This document shows, piece by piece, positions 1 through 12,745 of a stretch of DNA of 64,000 nt. Position numbers and translations under genes: made by a program. Below the pieces are notes generated by a model that saw only the letters and a list, made by a program, of their open reading frames with translations, had not been told where the DNA came from and ran no database searches. Every line of letters starts with the position of its first letter. Positions within the stretch are counted from its first letter, which is position 1. This stretch comes from Eledone cirrhosa (lineage: Eukaryota): positions 219,232,001 to 219,296,000 of the forward strand of contig OZ024740.1 of NCBI GenBank assembly GCA_964016885.1, given 5' to 3'.

Positions 1-1902
1 AAGCATGTTCTACAACGCGAGGACCAAAAACGTGAGGTGTTCAGGATTGCTACGCAATGTGTCAAGGAAAACCATGATATTGTCGGGGAGAAGTGTGTCC
101 TTAATGATGATGGTATACTTGCCATCACTGACGCTGATAAGAAGGTAGCTTGGAAGTGTCACTATGAAAGGCTACTAAATGAGGAGAATAATTGGGAGAA
201 AGACAGTCTCCCCCACATCGATCCAATAGAGGGACCAGCAGTGCAAGTGGAAGGTAGTATAATAAGTAAGGCGATCAAAGACATGAAGACGGGCAAGGTG
301 GCTGGGCCTTCGGAAATAGTTGCTGAAATGCTGAAAGCATCTGGAACGGTGGGACACACTATGGTCACCCGGATAGTAAACCAAGTCATACAGAATTGGG
401 TCATTCTGAAGGACTGGCGCAGCAGCATCATCATTAACTGCTACAAGGGTAAAGGAGATGCCCTAGATAGGAGAAACTATAGAGGCATTAAATTAATTGA
501 CCAGGTCATGAAGGTCACAGAAAAAATAATAGCGCAACTAATCAGAGAGCGAATCGATCTAGACGAAATGCAGTTCGAGTTTGTGTCAGGTAAAAGTACA
601 ACAGACGCTCTTTTCATTGTACGACAACAACAGGAGAAGTACCTAGCTAAAAGTAAACCCCTATACTTAGCTTTTGTTGACTTGGAGAAAGCCTTTGACA
701 GAGTACCCCGCTCGATTATCTGGTGGGCCCTTAGAAAACTAGGTGTTGATGAATGGCTTGTGAGAGCTATACAAGCCATGTATAAAGAAACAGTCAGCAA
801 GGTTAGAATTAACAACGAATAAAGTGAAGAGTTTAGCGTAAAAGTTGGTGTTCATCAGGGCTCCGTCCTTAGCCCCCTACTATCTATTATTGCCCTTCAG
901 GCTATAACAGAGGAGTTCAAGACTGGCTGCCCATGGGAACTTCTATACGCAGATGATCTAACGCTCATAGCTAAATCAATGGCTGAACTAGAGAAGAAAT
1001 TCAAAACATGGAAGCATGGCCTAGAATCAAAAGGCCTTAAAATTAACGTGTCTAAGACTAAAGTTCTAGTTAGTAGGAAGGAAAATAGGGCACTGGTCCC
1101 ATCTGGGAAATGGCCATGCTCAGTGTGTAGGAAAGGAGTAGGCAGAAACTCCATTTTATGTCCCAAATGCAGAGTATGGGTGTATAAAAGATGTAGTGGG
1201 ATCACAGGTAAGCTAACTAAGAATATAGATTTTATATGTGGCCGGTGCTCAGGTGCAATAAGTAGCAGCAAGTGCCCACAGAATACTAGCTCATTCCATT
1301 GCACTGATGGATCTATAGAAATAGTGGTCACCTTCCGTTATCTGGGTGACAAAATCAGCAGTGGTGGAGGGTGCTCTGAAAGTACAGTAGCTAGAGTCAG
1401 AACGGGATGGAAGAAGTTCAGAGAGCTTATACCACTATTGGCCGCTAAAGGGTTCTCTTTAAAAATGAAAGGCAGGCTGTATGATGCCTGCATACGAACA
1501 GTAATGTTACATGGCAGTGAGACTTGGGCATTGTGTGCAGAAGATATACGCAGACTGGAGAGAAACGAAGCTTGCATGCTCCGTTGGATGTGTAATAGTA
1601 ATATACATGAACGGCAAAGCATAAATGAACTAATGGAGAAATTAGGAATAAGAGGAATCAGATGTTGTTTACTCGAGAGAAGACTACATTGGTATGGTCA
1701 CGTGATGTGCATGAAAGACGACAGCTGTATAAAAAATTGCAGGGCGATAAAAATAGACGGTAGCCACGGAGTAGGCAGACCCAGAAAAACCTGGGACGAC
1801 TTGATAAATTCCGACCTCACACACTTACACCTCTCCAAGACAATGTCACTGGACTGAGATCTTTGGCGCTACACAGTTATACAGAAGACCCGCCTTGCCT
1901 AA
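1..1902 (+). pseudogene. RTE reverse transcriptase ORF broken by two nonsense mutations
   Basis: ORFs 37-822 and 979-1857 are in the same frame. TAA at 820-822 replaces Tyr of NEYSEEF in the second copy; TGA at 1855-1857 replaces Arg (DRD). Natural stop at 1900-1902. Confidence 0.9.
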
Positions 1903-2277
1903 GTACAAAGCGAAACCTACAGTCAGTAGGCATCTCTAACAAAAATACACCCCCGCCCCATCCACACCGCCCCTTTCGATGTAAAGTTATGTTGGTACCA
2001 CAACATCCAGTCCGAAATAAATGAGGTCGTGTAGGTGTCACGAAAAAAAAACCACAGTCCACGCTGTAATGTGGCCATGTAGGTAACACGGTAAAAACCT
2101 CCCAGTCCATACTGTAAACGTGGTTGGTGTTAGGAAGGGCATCCAGCCGTAGAAAACCCGCCAGAAAGTCCTATAGGAGCAAGACAACCAATCTTGCCTC
2201 AAGTGGGAAAACTCCAGTACAAACCCATGCAAGCCTGGAAGATGGACGTTAAACGATGATGATGATGATGATGATGA
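1..2277 (+). mobile_element. RTE-clade non-LTR retrotransposon (cut by window start), with 3' UTR and (GAT)n tail
   Basis: RT motifs [27 protein letters not shown] and YADD (946-957); RTE C-terminus (YGHVM...GRPRKTW); 3' UTR with GGTGTTAGGAAGGGCATCCAGC, CCCATGCAAGCCTGG stem-loop and (GAT)n tail at 2255-2277. Confidence 0.95.
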
Positions 2278-2301
2278 TATATATATATAAATATATATAT
2301 A

Positions 2302-3192
2302 CAGGGTGCGGACGACATCTGTTCGCAATTTTCAACTGGTAATTTTATGCAAATTTTTTTTACTTCCGTTGTCACGCTTGTCTTCATAAAAACAGTGACT
2401 ATATTTCCATTATTTATTTTCAGAATAATTGATTATGAATAATTTTGAACCTCCAAATATGTGGAAGAGACACGGAGTTCTTCTTGGAATCCGCGCCGGA
2501 AGGACAAATAAGGAAATTTCAGACTTTCTCAGCATCAGCAGGAGAATGGTGTCTCATCCAAAGACGTGCCCAGAGTCATGCAGACAAAGTTTCCAGCGAC
2601 AACATTGGTCTTAGGTGTCGTCAGCAGTCAAAGTGACGTCATGCCACCTCACTTCTTCCCTGAGGGCCTCAAGCTGAACACCGATGGCTACATCCGCGTT
2701 CTGAGCGAGGTAGTAAAGCCCTGGATCGACCAGGTAGCTGAAGGTAGGCCGTACGTGTGGCAGCAAGACTCAGTGCCCTGCCATACCAGCCGAAAGACCC
2801 AAGCCTGGCTGTCAGAGAACTTCGTCGACTACACTTCACCTGCCATCTGGCCTCCCAGCTCGCCTGACTGCAACCCCCTCGACTTCTTTGTGTGGGGCGC
2901 AGTGGAACGAGACACCAACAGATCTAGCTGCAATACGAAAGATGATCTGAAGGCCAGGATCACAAGTGCCTTTAGGGACCTAAGTTGGGGGACAGTGACG
3001 AAGGCCTGTAGCCGGTTCCGAGGCCGCCTTGAGGCCGTCATCAAAGCCAATGGTGGGTTTATCGAGTGAGATCGAAAGAACAAGTCATGAAGACAAACTG
3101 ACCCAAGTTTGATAAATATATCTTAAAAAATAAAACTACTGTGTTATTTTTTCCTAGACAGTATCTTGCGAACAGATATCGTCCGCACCCTG
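2302..3192 (+). mobile_element. Internally deleted Tc1/mariner DNA transposon, DD37D (maT) type
   Basis: 27-bp TIRs CAGGGTGCGGACGACATCTGTTCGCAA (2302-2328) and TTGCGAACAGATATCGTCCGCACCCTG (3166-3192), 1 mismatch, flanked by TA. Transposase C-half 2566-3069 has QQD...WPPSSPDCNPLD with 37 residues between the 2nd and 3rd Asp. An N-terminal remnant (about 2435-2545) is joined directly to it. Confidence 0.92.
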
Positions 3193-3626
3193 TATATATA
3201 TATAATAACTAGAAATTGATTAACTTATAAATAAACATGAATAATCACAGGAGATAGTTTTTACAAGTGTGTAACCACACATAGCTAGGTAGGTAACTAA
3301 ATAAAGTTGACCAGAACTTCAAAAATAGGTACCTTATAATATGATTAATCTTCCCTGTATATATTCCATTAAAGAAATATATTTCACCAATTAATCGGAT
3401 GGTAAACCACGGAAGTGGATACTTGGATTTTCAACAAGGAAGAAGTTCCAGCTATCCGTGTTTACACTTCAAGTTCAAATCAGCGACTGGCCAGCAACAC
3501 GTGCTATATCTACTAGAAATACACACATCATACTAGCTTCGTCCCAGTGGCGTGAATAGGGTTATCGACAACTAGAAACAGCAGTCGAGTCCTTTCAACA
3601 GAGTTAGCTCTACAATTAAGGAGCCG

Positions 3627-3631
<5 letters not shown>

Positions 3632-3695
<64 letters not shown>
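3632..3695. repeat. (TA)n microsatellite
   Basis: Pure TA run. Confidence 0.95.
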
Positions 3696-3696
<1 letters not shown>

Positions 3697-3701
<5 letters not shown>

Positions 3702-3931
3702 GAACAAGTAAGACCCCGACGGCTGAGCTCAAGCCGTTTCGACGGCTAATTCTGGACTGAATGATTCAGTCCAGAAGGATTCCTGAAGGATTCAGTCCAG
3801 AATTAGCCGTCGAAACGGCTTGAGCTCAGCCGTCGGGGTCTTACTTGTTCCTATTACCCATTCTACTACCCTAAGTATTGAGTACTTTGGTGCGTTATGG
3901 TCCACTTGGTTCCTTACCACATTTCCTTCGG
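3697..3931 (+). mobile_element. Fold-back element (Penelope-like terminus) in (TA)n with hammerhead 3' half
   Basis: 66-bp perfect inverted arms 3697-3762 / 3790-3855; GAAA-CGGC-TTGAGCTCA-GCCG-TC at 3812-3834; CTGAAGG at 3783-3789; flanked by (TA)n on both sides. Confidence 0.65.
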
Positions 3932-3968
<37 letters not shown>

Positions 3969-4009
3969 ATATATACATATACATTGTAATGATAAAATAC
4001 TCTGTTTAG

Positions 4010-4340
4010 CATAAGGGCCGGCATCCAGCCACAGAAACCACATCAAATATGTTTAAGAGAACTCTTAAGTTCTGTCAAGGAAATGACTGCCTCTCTAGTA
4101 CCAGTGCCATGATAAAATACACTCAGTGTAATATGTAAACCTGTTGGCATGAATAAGGTCATCAAATTGTAGAATTCATGCCAGAAAAGGTGCATATTTG
4201 AGCAAGATATAACCTCACCCCAGCCCACCTCTCACTCTGGCCAATCTAATAGGACAGTAGCGCTGATTAAGTAGTCACTTGGTCTGTGATGACATATCCA
4301 ACTCATGCCAACATAGCAAGCAGACATAAAATGATGAGGA
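4010..4340 (+). mobile_element. Degraded RTE-tail repeat (SINE or LINE 3' end)
   Basis: GGCATCCAGCC motif, CATGCCAACATAG stem-loop remnant, runs into (GAT)n. Confidence 0.55.
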
Positions 4341-5187
4341 TGATGTGGATGATGGTAGTAGTGGTGATGGTGGTGGTGGTGGTGGTGGTGGTAGTAGTGG
4401 TGGTGATGGTGTTAATGATTATGATGATTATGATTATGATGATGATGATGATGGTGATGGTGATGGTGATGGTGATGGTGATGATGGTGATGATGATGAT
4501 GGTGATGGTGATGATGGTGATGATGATGGTTATGGTGATGATGGTGGTGATGATGGTGATGGTGATGATGGTGGTGATGATGATGATGACAATAATGGTG
4601 ATGATGAGGGTGATGATGATCAGGACGATGATGATGGTGATGGTGATGGTGATGATGGTGATGATGGTGATGATGACGATGATGATGATGACAATGATGA
4701 TGATGGTGATGATGGTGATGATGGTGATGATGACGATGATGATGATGATGATGATGATGACAATGATGATCAGGCTGATGATGATGGTGATGATGTTGAT
4801 GGTGATATGATGATGGTGATGATGGTGATGATGATGGTGACGATGATGACGACAAGACTGATGACGGTGATGATGATGGTGATGATGATGATGGTGATGA
4901 TGATGGTGATGATGATCAGGATGACAATGATGATGATGCTGATGATGATGATTGCGATGAGGGTGATGATGATGGTGATGATGAGAGTGATGATGATGGT
5001 GATGATGATCAGGACGATGATGATGATGGTGATGATGGTGATGATGATGGTGATAATGATGATGATGATGCTGATGATGATGATTGCGATGAGGGTGATG
5101 ATGATGGTGATGATGAGAGTGATGATGATGGTGATGATGATCAGGACGATGATGATGATGGTGATGATGGTGATGATGATGGCGATA

Positions 5188-5235
<48 letters not shown>

Positions 5236-5335
5236 GTGATGATGATGAGGGTGAGGATGATCAGGACGATGATGATGGTGATGATGATGGCAACAATGAT
5301 GATGATGGCAACGATGATGATGATGATGATGCTAA
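4331..5335. repeat. (GAT/GGT)n compound microsatellite
   Basis: About 1 kb of 3-periodic repeat; source of the M/V, D/G and H-rich ORFs. Confidence 0.95.
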
Positions 5336-5542
5336 TGATCATAGAAATCAACCAGGCTTTGTCTCTCCCCCTCTCTCTCCCTCTACCCTCCACCATAGAC
5401 ACTGGTGGAATAACAACAGCTGAAACCAACTAAAACAGACAAATCTATCACTAAAGAGGTTTCTCCTAACTTCAAACCTCTTTAGCTTTCTCCTTCTATT
5501 GCCACTGGAGGTGTTGGATATTGTGTTACTGTTGTTTGTTGG

Positions 5543-5573
<31 letters not shown>

Positions 5574-5788
5574 GCCATCATCATCATTGTCATCATCGTC
5601 GTCATCATCATCATCATCGTCATCGTCATCACCATCATCATCATCATCATCATTGTCAAAGAAATGTCTTTACGGTAGGGACACACGAGATGTTGTGAAC
5701 AGTATACCATTCTTACGTTACAAAATATATTGCTGCTTCGTAATAAAAATGGTGTTATTAGTGGACTTGCCTTCTGTCTGTCTGTCTG

Positions 5789-5825
<37 letters not shown>

Positions 5826-5829
<4 letters not shown>

Positions 5830-5884
5830 CAGAAATAGCCGTCGAAACGGCTTGAGAACTGCCGTCGGGGTCATACATTTTCCT
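5826..5884 (+). mobile_element. Fragment of the 3697 fold-back family
   Basis: AGTCCAGAAATAGCCGTCGAAACGGCTTGAG...GCCGTCGGGGTC between TA tracts. Confidence 0.7.
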
Positions 5885-5892
5885 ATATATAT

Positions 5893-6248
5893 ATCATCAT
5901 CATCATCATCATCATTTTTACGTCCGCTTTTCCCTGCTTGCAAGGGGGTGGGTGGGGGTGGGGGGACTGTTTTTGGCTTGATTTCTACAGCTGGATGCCC
6001 TTCCTAACACCAACCTCATTTACAGTGAGTGCTGGGTGCCTTTTTGCCGTGGCACCTCCACGACCACTTTGCAGTGGAATGATAGGGACCCCAGTCCCTA
6101 TCATCTCATTTCTACAGCTGAGTAAACTGGAGCAATGTGAAATAAAGTGTCTTGCTCAAGGAAACAACGCATCACCCGGTATGAGAATTGAACTCACAAC
6201 CTTTCGATTGCCAGGCCAATGCTCTAACCACTAAGCCATGTGCCTCCA
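5893..6248 (-). mobile_element. tRNA-derived SINE with RTE-derived 3' tail
   Basis: Minus strand has A-box TGGCTTAGTGG, B-box GTTCAATTC, core TCCTTGAGCAAGACACTTTATTTCAC, a tail nearly identical to RTE 3' UTR 27975-28115, and a (GAT)n end. Confidence 0.88.
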
Positions 6249-6315
6249 TTAGTATATATATAATATATATTAGTATATATATAATATATATTAGTATATA
6301 TATAATATATATTAG

Positions 6316-6349
<34 letters not shown>

Positions 6350-6593
6350 CACGATAAATTAACGGAGCCATACACTCTCGTTATTCCCTGTCAATAATGT
6401 GCTCAAAGGAAAAGGAATCCTGAGCTCTTTAAAATACAATATGTTGAAAAGGTAACACACTGGAGAGAGATAGTTTGCTATCAATAAAGCAGGGAAAACC
6501 ACCAGTGTATGGAATCTATAATCTATGGAAGGCAGGGTAGATACACAATAATTAAAAATGTAAATTAAAATGTATATATATATATATATATAT

Positions 6594-6774
6594 AGGAAAA
6601 TGTATGACCCGACGGCAGAGCTCAAGCCGTTTCAACGGCTATTTCTGGACTATTTCAGTCCAGAAATAGCCGTCGAAACGGCTACGAAACGTCATACATT
6701 TTCCTCTTACCCACTCTACTACCCTAAGTATTGAGTACTCTGGTGCATTATGGTCTATCTGGTTCCTTACCATA
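6594..6774 (+). mobile_element. Second fold-back copy of the 3697 family
   Basis: Inverted arms about 6594-6651 / 6656-6704, followed by the same 3' sequence as 3855-3920 (CTACTACCCTAAGTATTGAGTACT...GGTTCCTTACCA). Confidence 0.7.
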
Positions 6775-6865
6775 TATCACTAAAGAGGTTTCCCCTAACT
6801 CTTTAGCTTTCTCCTTCTATTGCCACTGGAGATGTTGGATATTGTGTTACTGTTGTTTGTTGTTG

Positions 6866-7405
6866 CCATCATCATGATTCTCATCATCATCACCATCATC
6901 ACCATCATCACCATCATCATCGTCATCACCATCATCATCATCAGTCTTGTCATCATCATCATCACCATCATCAAAACTTTCATCATTACCATTATCATCA
7001 TCATCATCATCAAAACCACCACCATCACCACCACTACCCACTGCATCACTCCTCTCCCATCATCACCACATCATCACCACAATCATCATCATCATCATTA
7101 TCACCATCAAAACCTTCATCATTATCATTATTATCATCATCATCATCATCATCAAAACCATCACCACCAACATCACCACCAACATCATCATCATCAAAAA
7201 ACACCACCACCACCACCACTACCACCACAACCACCACCATCATCATCATCATGATCACTACCATCAAAACCACAACTATTAGCATCATCATCATCACTAC
7301 CATCAAAATCATCACCCCTAACCCCCACCACCAGCACCACTAACCCCCACCACCAAAACAACAACAACAAAAAAAAAAAACAGCCATCATCATCATCATC
7401 ATCAG
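6866..7405. repeat. (CAT/CAC)n compound microsatellite
   Basis: 3-periodic low complexity. Confidence 0.9.
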
Positions 7406-7609
7406 TATAAACACTGTTAACATATTAGCCAAATCATCTTAGAAAAAGAGGTTTTAACATCTACTTTAACCATGCTAAATTGGTTTACTGAGTAGCTTCT
7501 TTCCTGCTAAATTCCCTTGAAGAACTCTCCATCTTGCCCCCCCCCCCCCTCCTCGCTCTCTATCTCTGTTTTCGTCTCTCTCTCTCACTCTCTCTCCCTC
7601 CCTCTCTCT

Positions 7610-7747
7610 TAATTTATCTATTTATCTATCTATCAATCTATTTGTCTGTCTATCAGTTTATTTATCTATCTAGCTATTATCCATCTATCTGTCTATCTAT
7701 CTGTCTGTCTATCTATCTATCTACCTATCTATCTATCTATCTATCTC

Positions 7748-7800
<53 letters not shown>

Positions 7801-7830
7801 ATCTATCTGTCTATCTATCTATTAATCTCT
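7610..7830. repeat. (TATC)n microsatellite
   Basis: Tetranucleotide run, degenerate continuation to about 8100. Confidence 0.9.
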
Positions 7831-8104
7831 ATTGCTATCTCGTACATTCTCCCTCTCGAGACACTACATGCAGTCAGTCATGTTTCTGCAGTGATAAACT
7901 GCTAACATAACATTATTTCACATCAACCATTTCCCGCCACATCAATAAACCATTCTCTGTTCACTGTATACCCACTTAAGATCTCAATTTAATTATCCAT
8001 TCATGCATCTATCTATCCATCTGCCTACCCACCTAACCCATTTACCCATCTACTTCTTCATCTGTCCTTCAGTTTGTTCATCAGTCTATCTATCTATCTT
8101 CATT

Positions 8105-8225
8105 TTTAATATATAGTTTATTGTTATCTATTAATGTTAGAATTCATACAATTTCATGTAAAACCCCTGCTGTCATGTCTTGTAATGTCCCATTTCTTGT
8201 ACGTCCTTGTGGCAAATAAAGATAT
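8105..8225 (+). mobile_element. 3' end of a second, heavily truncated Tx1/L1 copy
   Basis: TATATAGTTTATTGTTAT...TGTAAAAC...GTGGCAAATAAAGATATCTATC parallels the 3' UTR at 10245-10362. Confidence 0.7.
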
Positions 8226-8242
8226 CTATCTATATATCTATC

Positions 8243-10355
8243 TATATGCCCATAACTCTGCTCAACATAGAGTTAAAGATTTTGGCCAAGGTGTTAACAG
8301 CGAGGCTGGTGCTTGTCGTCGAGAACCTGGTAGGGGAAGCGCAAATGTGTGCAATCCCGACCAGCTCCATACACGACAACCTCCACCTCATGCGATACAT
8401 CATAGAGAGGGTAAGAGTGTAAACCTGGCTTCGGTGGGGCTCTGATCAATTTAGATCAGTCTAAGGCATTTGATAGGGTCGACCATCAATACTTGGAAGC
8501 GGTTCTCAAGGTGGCCAGCTTCGGTCCCGTCTTCAGAGGCTGGATCACTGCCATGCACACCAGCATCTGCTCGGCAGTGAAGGTGAATAGCTACCTATCA
8601 GAGCCATTCCAAATCATGCGTTCCATCCGTCAGGGATCCCCTCTCTCCTCCATTGTGTATGTACTGACTCTCGAGCCATTACCGTGGAAGTTGGAGCTGT
8701 TGCAGGGCATCCCAATCGAACCAGGACTTCAGAAAGCAGCGTGAGCCTATGCTGACGACGTAACCGTAATGGTGTCGAAAACCTCGGAAATCGGGGTAAT
8801 CAGCAACCTATTATAGGAATACGAAACGTTAACAGGAGCAAGACTAAACCCAAACAAGTCTGTTGGTTTGCAACTCGGCACATGGAGAAGCAAACCCATG
8901 CCTTCCGACAGTATCGTTGGACGCTGGACAGAAGGACCGGTGAAATTGCTCGAGGTTTGGTTTGGTCCAGACCTCCAGGTGGACAAGAACTGGAACGAGG
9001 TCATGGCGAAGGTGCTTGCACTCACCCAGAAGTGGGCTGAGTGCAAACTCTCCTTGAAAGGTCGAGCGGAAGTGGCGAACACTTACATGGCGTCTGTCAT
9101 CTACTACCGCTTGACAGTCGTGCCTTGTCCCCGCGAATACTTCACCAAAATGGAACGCCTACTCTTCAAGTTCCTCTGGAAGAAATGGACTCCATTGGTG
9201 AGGAGATCCATCTGCTGTCAACACCCTTCTAATGGAGGGCTGGGCATGCCGTGGTTGATGATGTGCAAACACACGCTGAGGCTGCGCCATCTCCAGGTAT
9301 TCCTGACCGGCGAACCGGTGTAGCTGTCGTTTGTGAAACAAGCTCTTCCACAACTCGTCTCACTAACAGAGCTGCAGTCCTGGGTCAAGCGAAGACCGAA
9401 AATGGGCGCCTGGCACCTCAAGTGCCTTCAGGATCTCACAGCCCTCTACCAAGCGGAAACGGCAATCAGTGGAGACTCCACTTCGACATTCTATAGGGGA
9501 TTAGTGGAGGATAAGTGCGACAATGTTCTTGGGCAAACTCTAGGCATCGAGGAGGAAGAACTGACCAGTCTGTTCGGGAGGACTTTCTGTCCATGGCATA
9601 TGGATAACTTCCAGAGGTCTCTGGCTTCGCAGGACTACCGAGGAGCTCTACCAGTTCGAGACAAAATCCACAGGCACAGACGCCCTGGCAGAGATCTTGC
9701 CAAAATGACATGTCGAAGATGTGAGCAGGACATTGAAACCGTTATGCACACAATTGTTCAGTGCCCAGGGGTGACCGACCTGTGAAATTATGTCGAACAG
9801 CTACTGTCACATGTGGGACGCATCCAGTTGTCAGCCGAGTCCATCATGAGGATCACCTCGCTGCGTTCATTTAAGAATGAAGGAGAGGCGGTTTTCCTCT
9901 GTCTGGTGGCTATGGCGAAAGAGGTAATATGGTGGACGAGGTTAAAAGGACTGAGTGCAAACACCTTTCTCTCCGGACAACAACTCATTCCCTTCTTTAA
10001 GTATCACTTCAGAAGGAAGGTGAGAGTGGAGAGAGAGGTGCTACACCCCAGTAAATTCGCTGAAAGGTGGGTGAATGTGGCGAAAATGGCCCAAGTGAAT
10101 GGGCCTTCTCTGTATATAAACCTGTAGGTTGAGGAAGACAAGAGAGGGAAGACAGGAACACCTACAAAACGTGTTCCTGGTGTTGAGGGTTGTTTTATCC
10201 ATGGGGTGTAAAACAACCCTAATGGGGATTTCAATTCTTTTATTTTTATATAGTTTATTGTTATTTATCATTGTTAAAGATATTATGTAAAACACCCACC
10301 GTCAAGTCTTGAAATGTTCCATTTTTGTGTGCCTCTGTGGCAAATAAAGAAAGAT
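8243..10355 (+). mobile_element. 5'-truncated, frameshifted L1/Tx1-clade LINE ORF2 plus 3' UTR
   Basis: YMPITLLNIELKILAKVL, LDQSKAFDRVDH, IRQGSPLS, AYADD (about 8745-8760), GGLGMP, C-terminal CRRC...H....C zinc motif (9711-9765); several stops and frameshifts; AATAAA before TATC repeats. Confidence 0.9.
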
Positions 10356-10659
10356 ATCTATATGTCTGTCTATTTATGTTTGATTGTCCACCCATCTACC
10401 TACCAACCTACCAACCTACCCACATACCTACCTACCTGTCAGCCTGCCTCTCTGTCTATCAATTTATCTACCTATCTACTTACCTACCTACATATCAATT
10501 TATGTATCTATCTGTCTTAGGATCAGTTGATTGACTGATCTATCCTTCTATGGATATGTGATGATGATGATGATGATATATATATATAGAAAGAGGTATC
10601 AATGCCAAAATTTCAAAGTCATTGCCACCTTTTTCTTTGGGAATCTGTATGAATGTACG

Positions 10660-10755
10660 TATGTATGTAATGTATGTATGTATGTATGTATGTATGTATG
10701 TATGTATGTATGTATGTATGTATGTATGTATGTATGTATATATGTATGTATGCAT
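10660..10755. repeat. (TATG)n microsatellite
   Basis: Pure run. Confidence 0.9.
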
Positions 10756-11065
10756 GAATGCATTTATGTCTGTATGCATATATGTGTGTTTGTATGTCAC
10801 TGTAAGTATGTATAGCTGAAAGGTGTTTGATTTGTAATGGAAAGTATTAATGAAAAGATTGCTATCACAGGAAAACACAAAAGATTTATTCAAAAGGCTT
10901 GTGAGTATTTCCATTGAAATTCTGATGGCAAGGAAGTAGTATAGTTGTTTGGTTGAGCTAGTTAAAGTTTTGAAATTTGAAGACATACAAAAGTTAGATT
11001 AACTACAGGTGTGTAGTAATTAGTGGTTGAACTCCAACTGCTGACTTTGTTTGTGTGCTAATAGT

Positions 11066-11534
11066 TTAACCCTTTTTCACACAAAACCAACTGAAACTGG
11101 CCTTGATTCTCTGGCACAAAACTGTGTGTTTATATTTCAATGTGTTTATATTTATCTGAAATCCTTCCATCATATTTTATGTATGAACTTTTGTTAAGTG
11201 GTTCCAAACACCAGATTAATAATGAGAAAGTTAGTTATATTATTAATCCTTTAGCATTTAATCCAACTGAATCCAGTCAGAATTATCTCACTTCTTTCTG
11301 TTCAAACTGACCATAACTGGCCACTCAAACTAATGTTAAGGCATTGTTCTCAAAATAAATAATATCAAAATCTCATAGATTCGATATTATGTGAGATAAA
11401 GCCTCTACTGCAAAAATACAATAGTATATATAGAGTAATGTAAATTCTAAAGGGTTAAATCTCTTCAAATTCATTATTCTTTTCAAAATTATAAGCAGTG
11501 TCTTTCATTATAGATATGGTCAAGAAAGAGTTAA
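11066..11534. mobile_element. Older TTAA-bounded piggyBac-like MITE hosting a nested 215-bp MITE
   Basis: Starts TTAACCCTTT and ends AAAGAGTTAA. Related degraded copies at about 11657-11938, 37439-38135, 52696-52923, 61235-61470 and 61673-62240. Confidence 0.5.
11243..11458. mobile_element. About 215-bp piggyBac-like MITE (TTAA-CCCTTTAGCATTTA TIR)
   Basis: TTAA at both ends, TIR CCCTTTAGCATTTA / TAAAT(G/T)CTAAAGGG; seven copies in the window. Confidence 0.8.
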
Positions 11535-12438
11535 CTGACAAAATATCTGATTAAGACCTATCTGTTGGCTGTCATGAACCAGGGGCTGTTAAACACCAAC
11601 TTTCAAAATATGAATCCAGTGGCTCTCAACATTTACACCACCAAGGATGTTGTTCATTTAACCTTTTGATACCAAGCCCCAACACCACCCCTACCCACCC
11701 CATCCACACCCCCACACAAAAACCTACCCCTGGTTCTACAATTCAAAACTGTTTGTTTATAAGTGTTTATATTTATCGAAACACTTCCCATCATAATTTT
11801 ATGTAAGATCCAAACATCAACATAATAATGAGAAAAGTGAATTATTTTACTAAATCCCTCAAAACTTTCTAGTATTTTCAAAATTATTTGAAAATTAAAG
11901 GCAAAGTCTTTCATTAGAAACGTTAATGAAAGGGTTAAATAAACTTTTGGCACAAACTCCACACTCTTGAAAGATCAGTTTGTTCTCTCAACAAGCTCAT
12001 GCTCCTCCAAGGTTTCACAGACAATAGGTTGGCTACTGCTATATTAACCTGTGAAGTTTTTACCTCTTTTATTATCACAAACAAGAATGGAAGCTTCCAT
12101 GCATGTGCACTGACAAGCAAAGTGGTCTGAGATGTTTTGACCTTTTAGAAATATATTATTCAAAAGATTTCTATTCACTTTATTTAAAATACAGAGTAGA
12201 TCTTACTGAATACTCCAGTGGTTTCTTTGAAAAGGCTTGGAAGAAATGGATTTTGTTGAGTGGAGGAAAAGATCTGTGAGAAGCTTTTCATTAATGGGTT
12301 TGCTAAATTATGTATTGGGTTTAAAATGTTAGGTCCTAATGGCTTCACAAAAATTAAATTATATTATGCCAATCATGCATACAAACACACAGATTCACAT
12401 ACAATCTGTATATACATGTATGTGTGTGCATGTGTATG

Positions 12439-12470
<32 letters not shown>

Positions 12471-12478
12471 TATCTATA

Positions 12479-12678
12479 AGGGTGGGCTGAAAAGTTCATA
12501 GGCTGGCTATGAAGGAGTGATGTTAAAGCTATGAAGTCTTGAATTAATTAATTTCAACTCTTCTTTATTAATAACTGCAATGTTTTTTTTCATGGACTAT
12601 GTTGAAAAATAAACTTCATTTGGTCATTCCATGAGAGTATCTTGGTCAGCCTATGAACTTTTCAGCTGACTTTGGTCT
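12479..12678. mobile_element. Mariner-type MITE
   Basis: Inverted ends GGGCTGAAAAGTTCATAGGCTG / CAGCCTATGAACTTTTCAGC, between TA/TG tracts. Confidence 0.7.
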
Positions 12679-12683
12679 ATGTA

Positions 12684-12745
<62 letters not shown>

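Noticed and set aside
4286-5433. Asp/Gly-, Met/Val- and His-rich ORFs
   Set aside because: Translations of the (GAT/GGT)n microsatellite, with an internal frame slip.
6170-6248. tRNA gene (also 15410-15485)
   Set aside because: A and B boxes are present but it continues into SINE core and RTE tail, with no proper acceptor stem or terminator.
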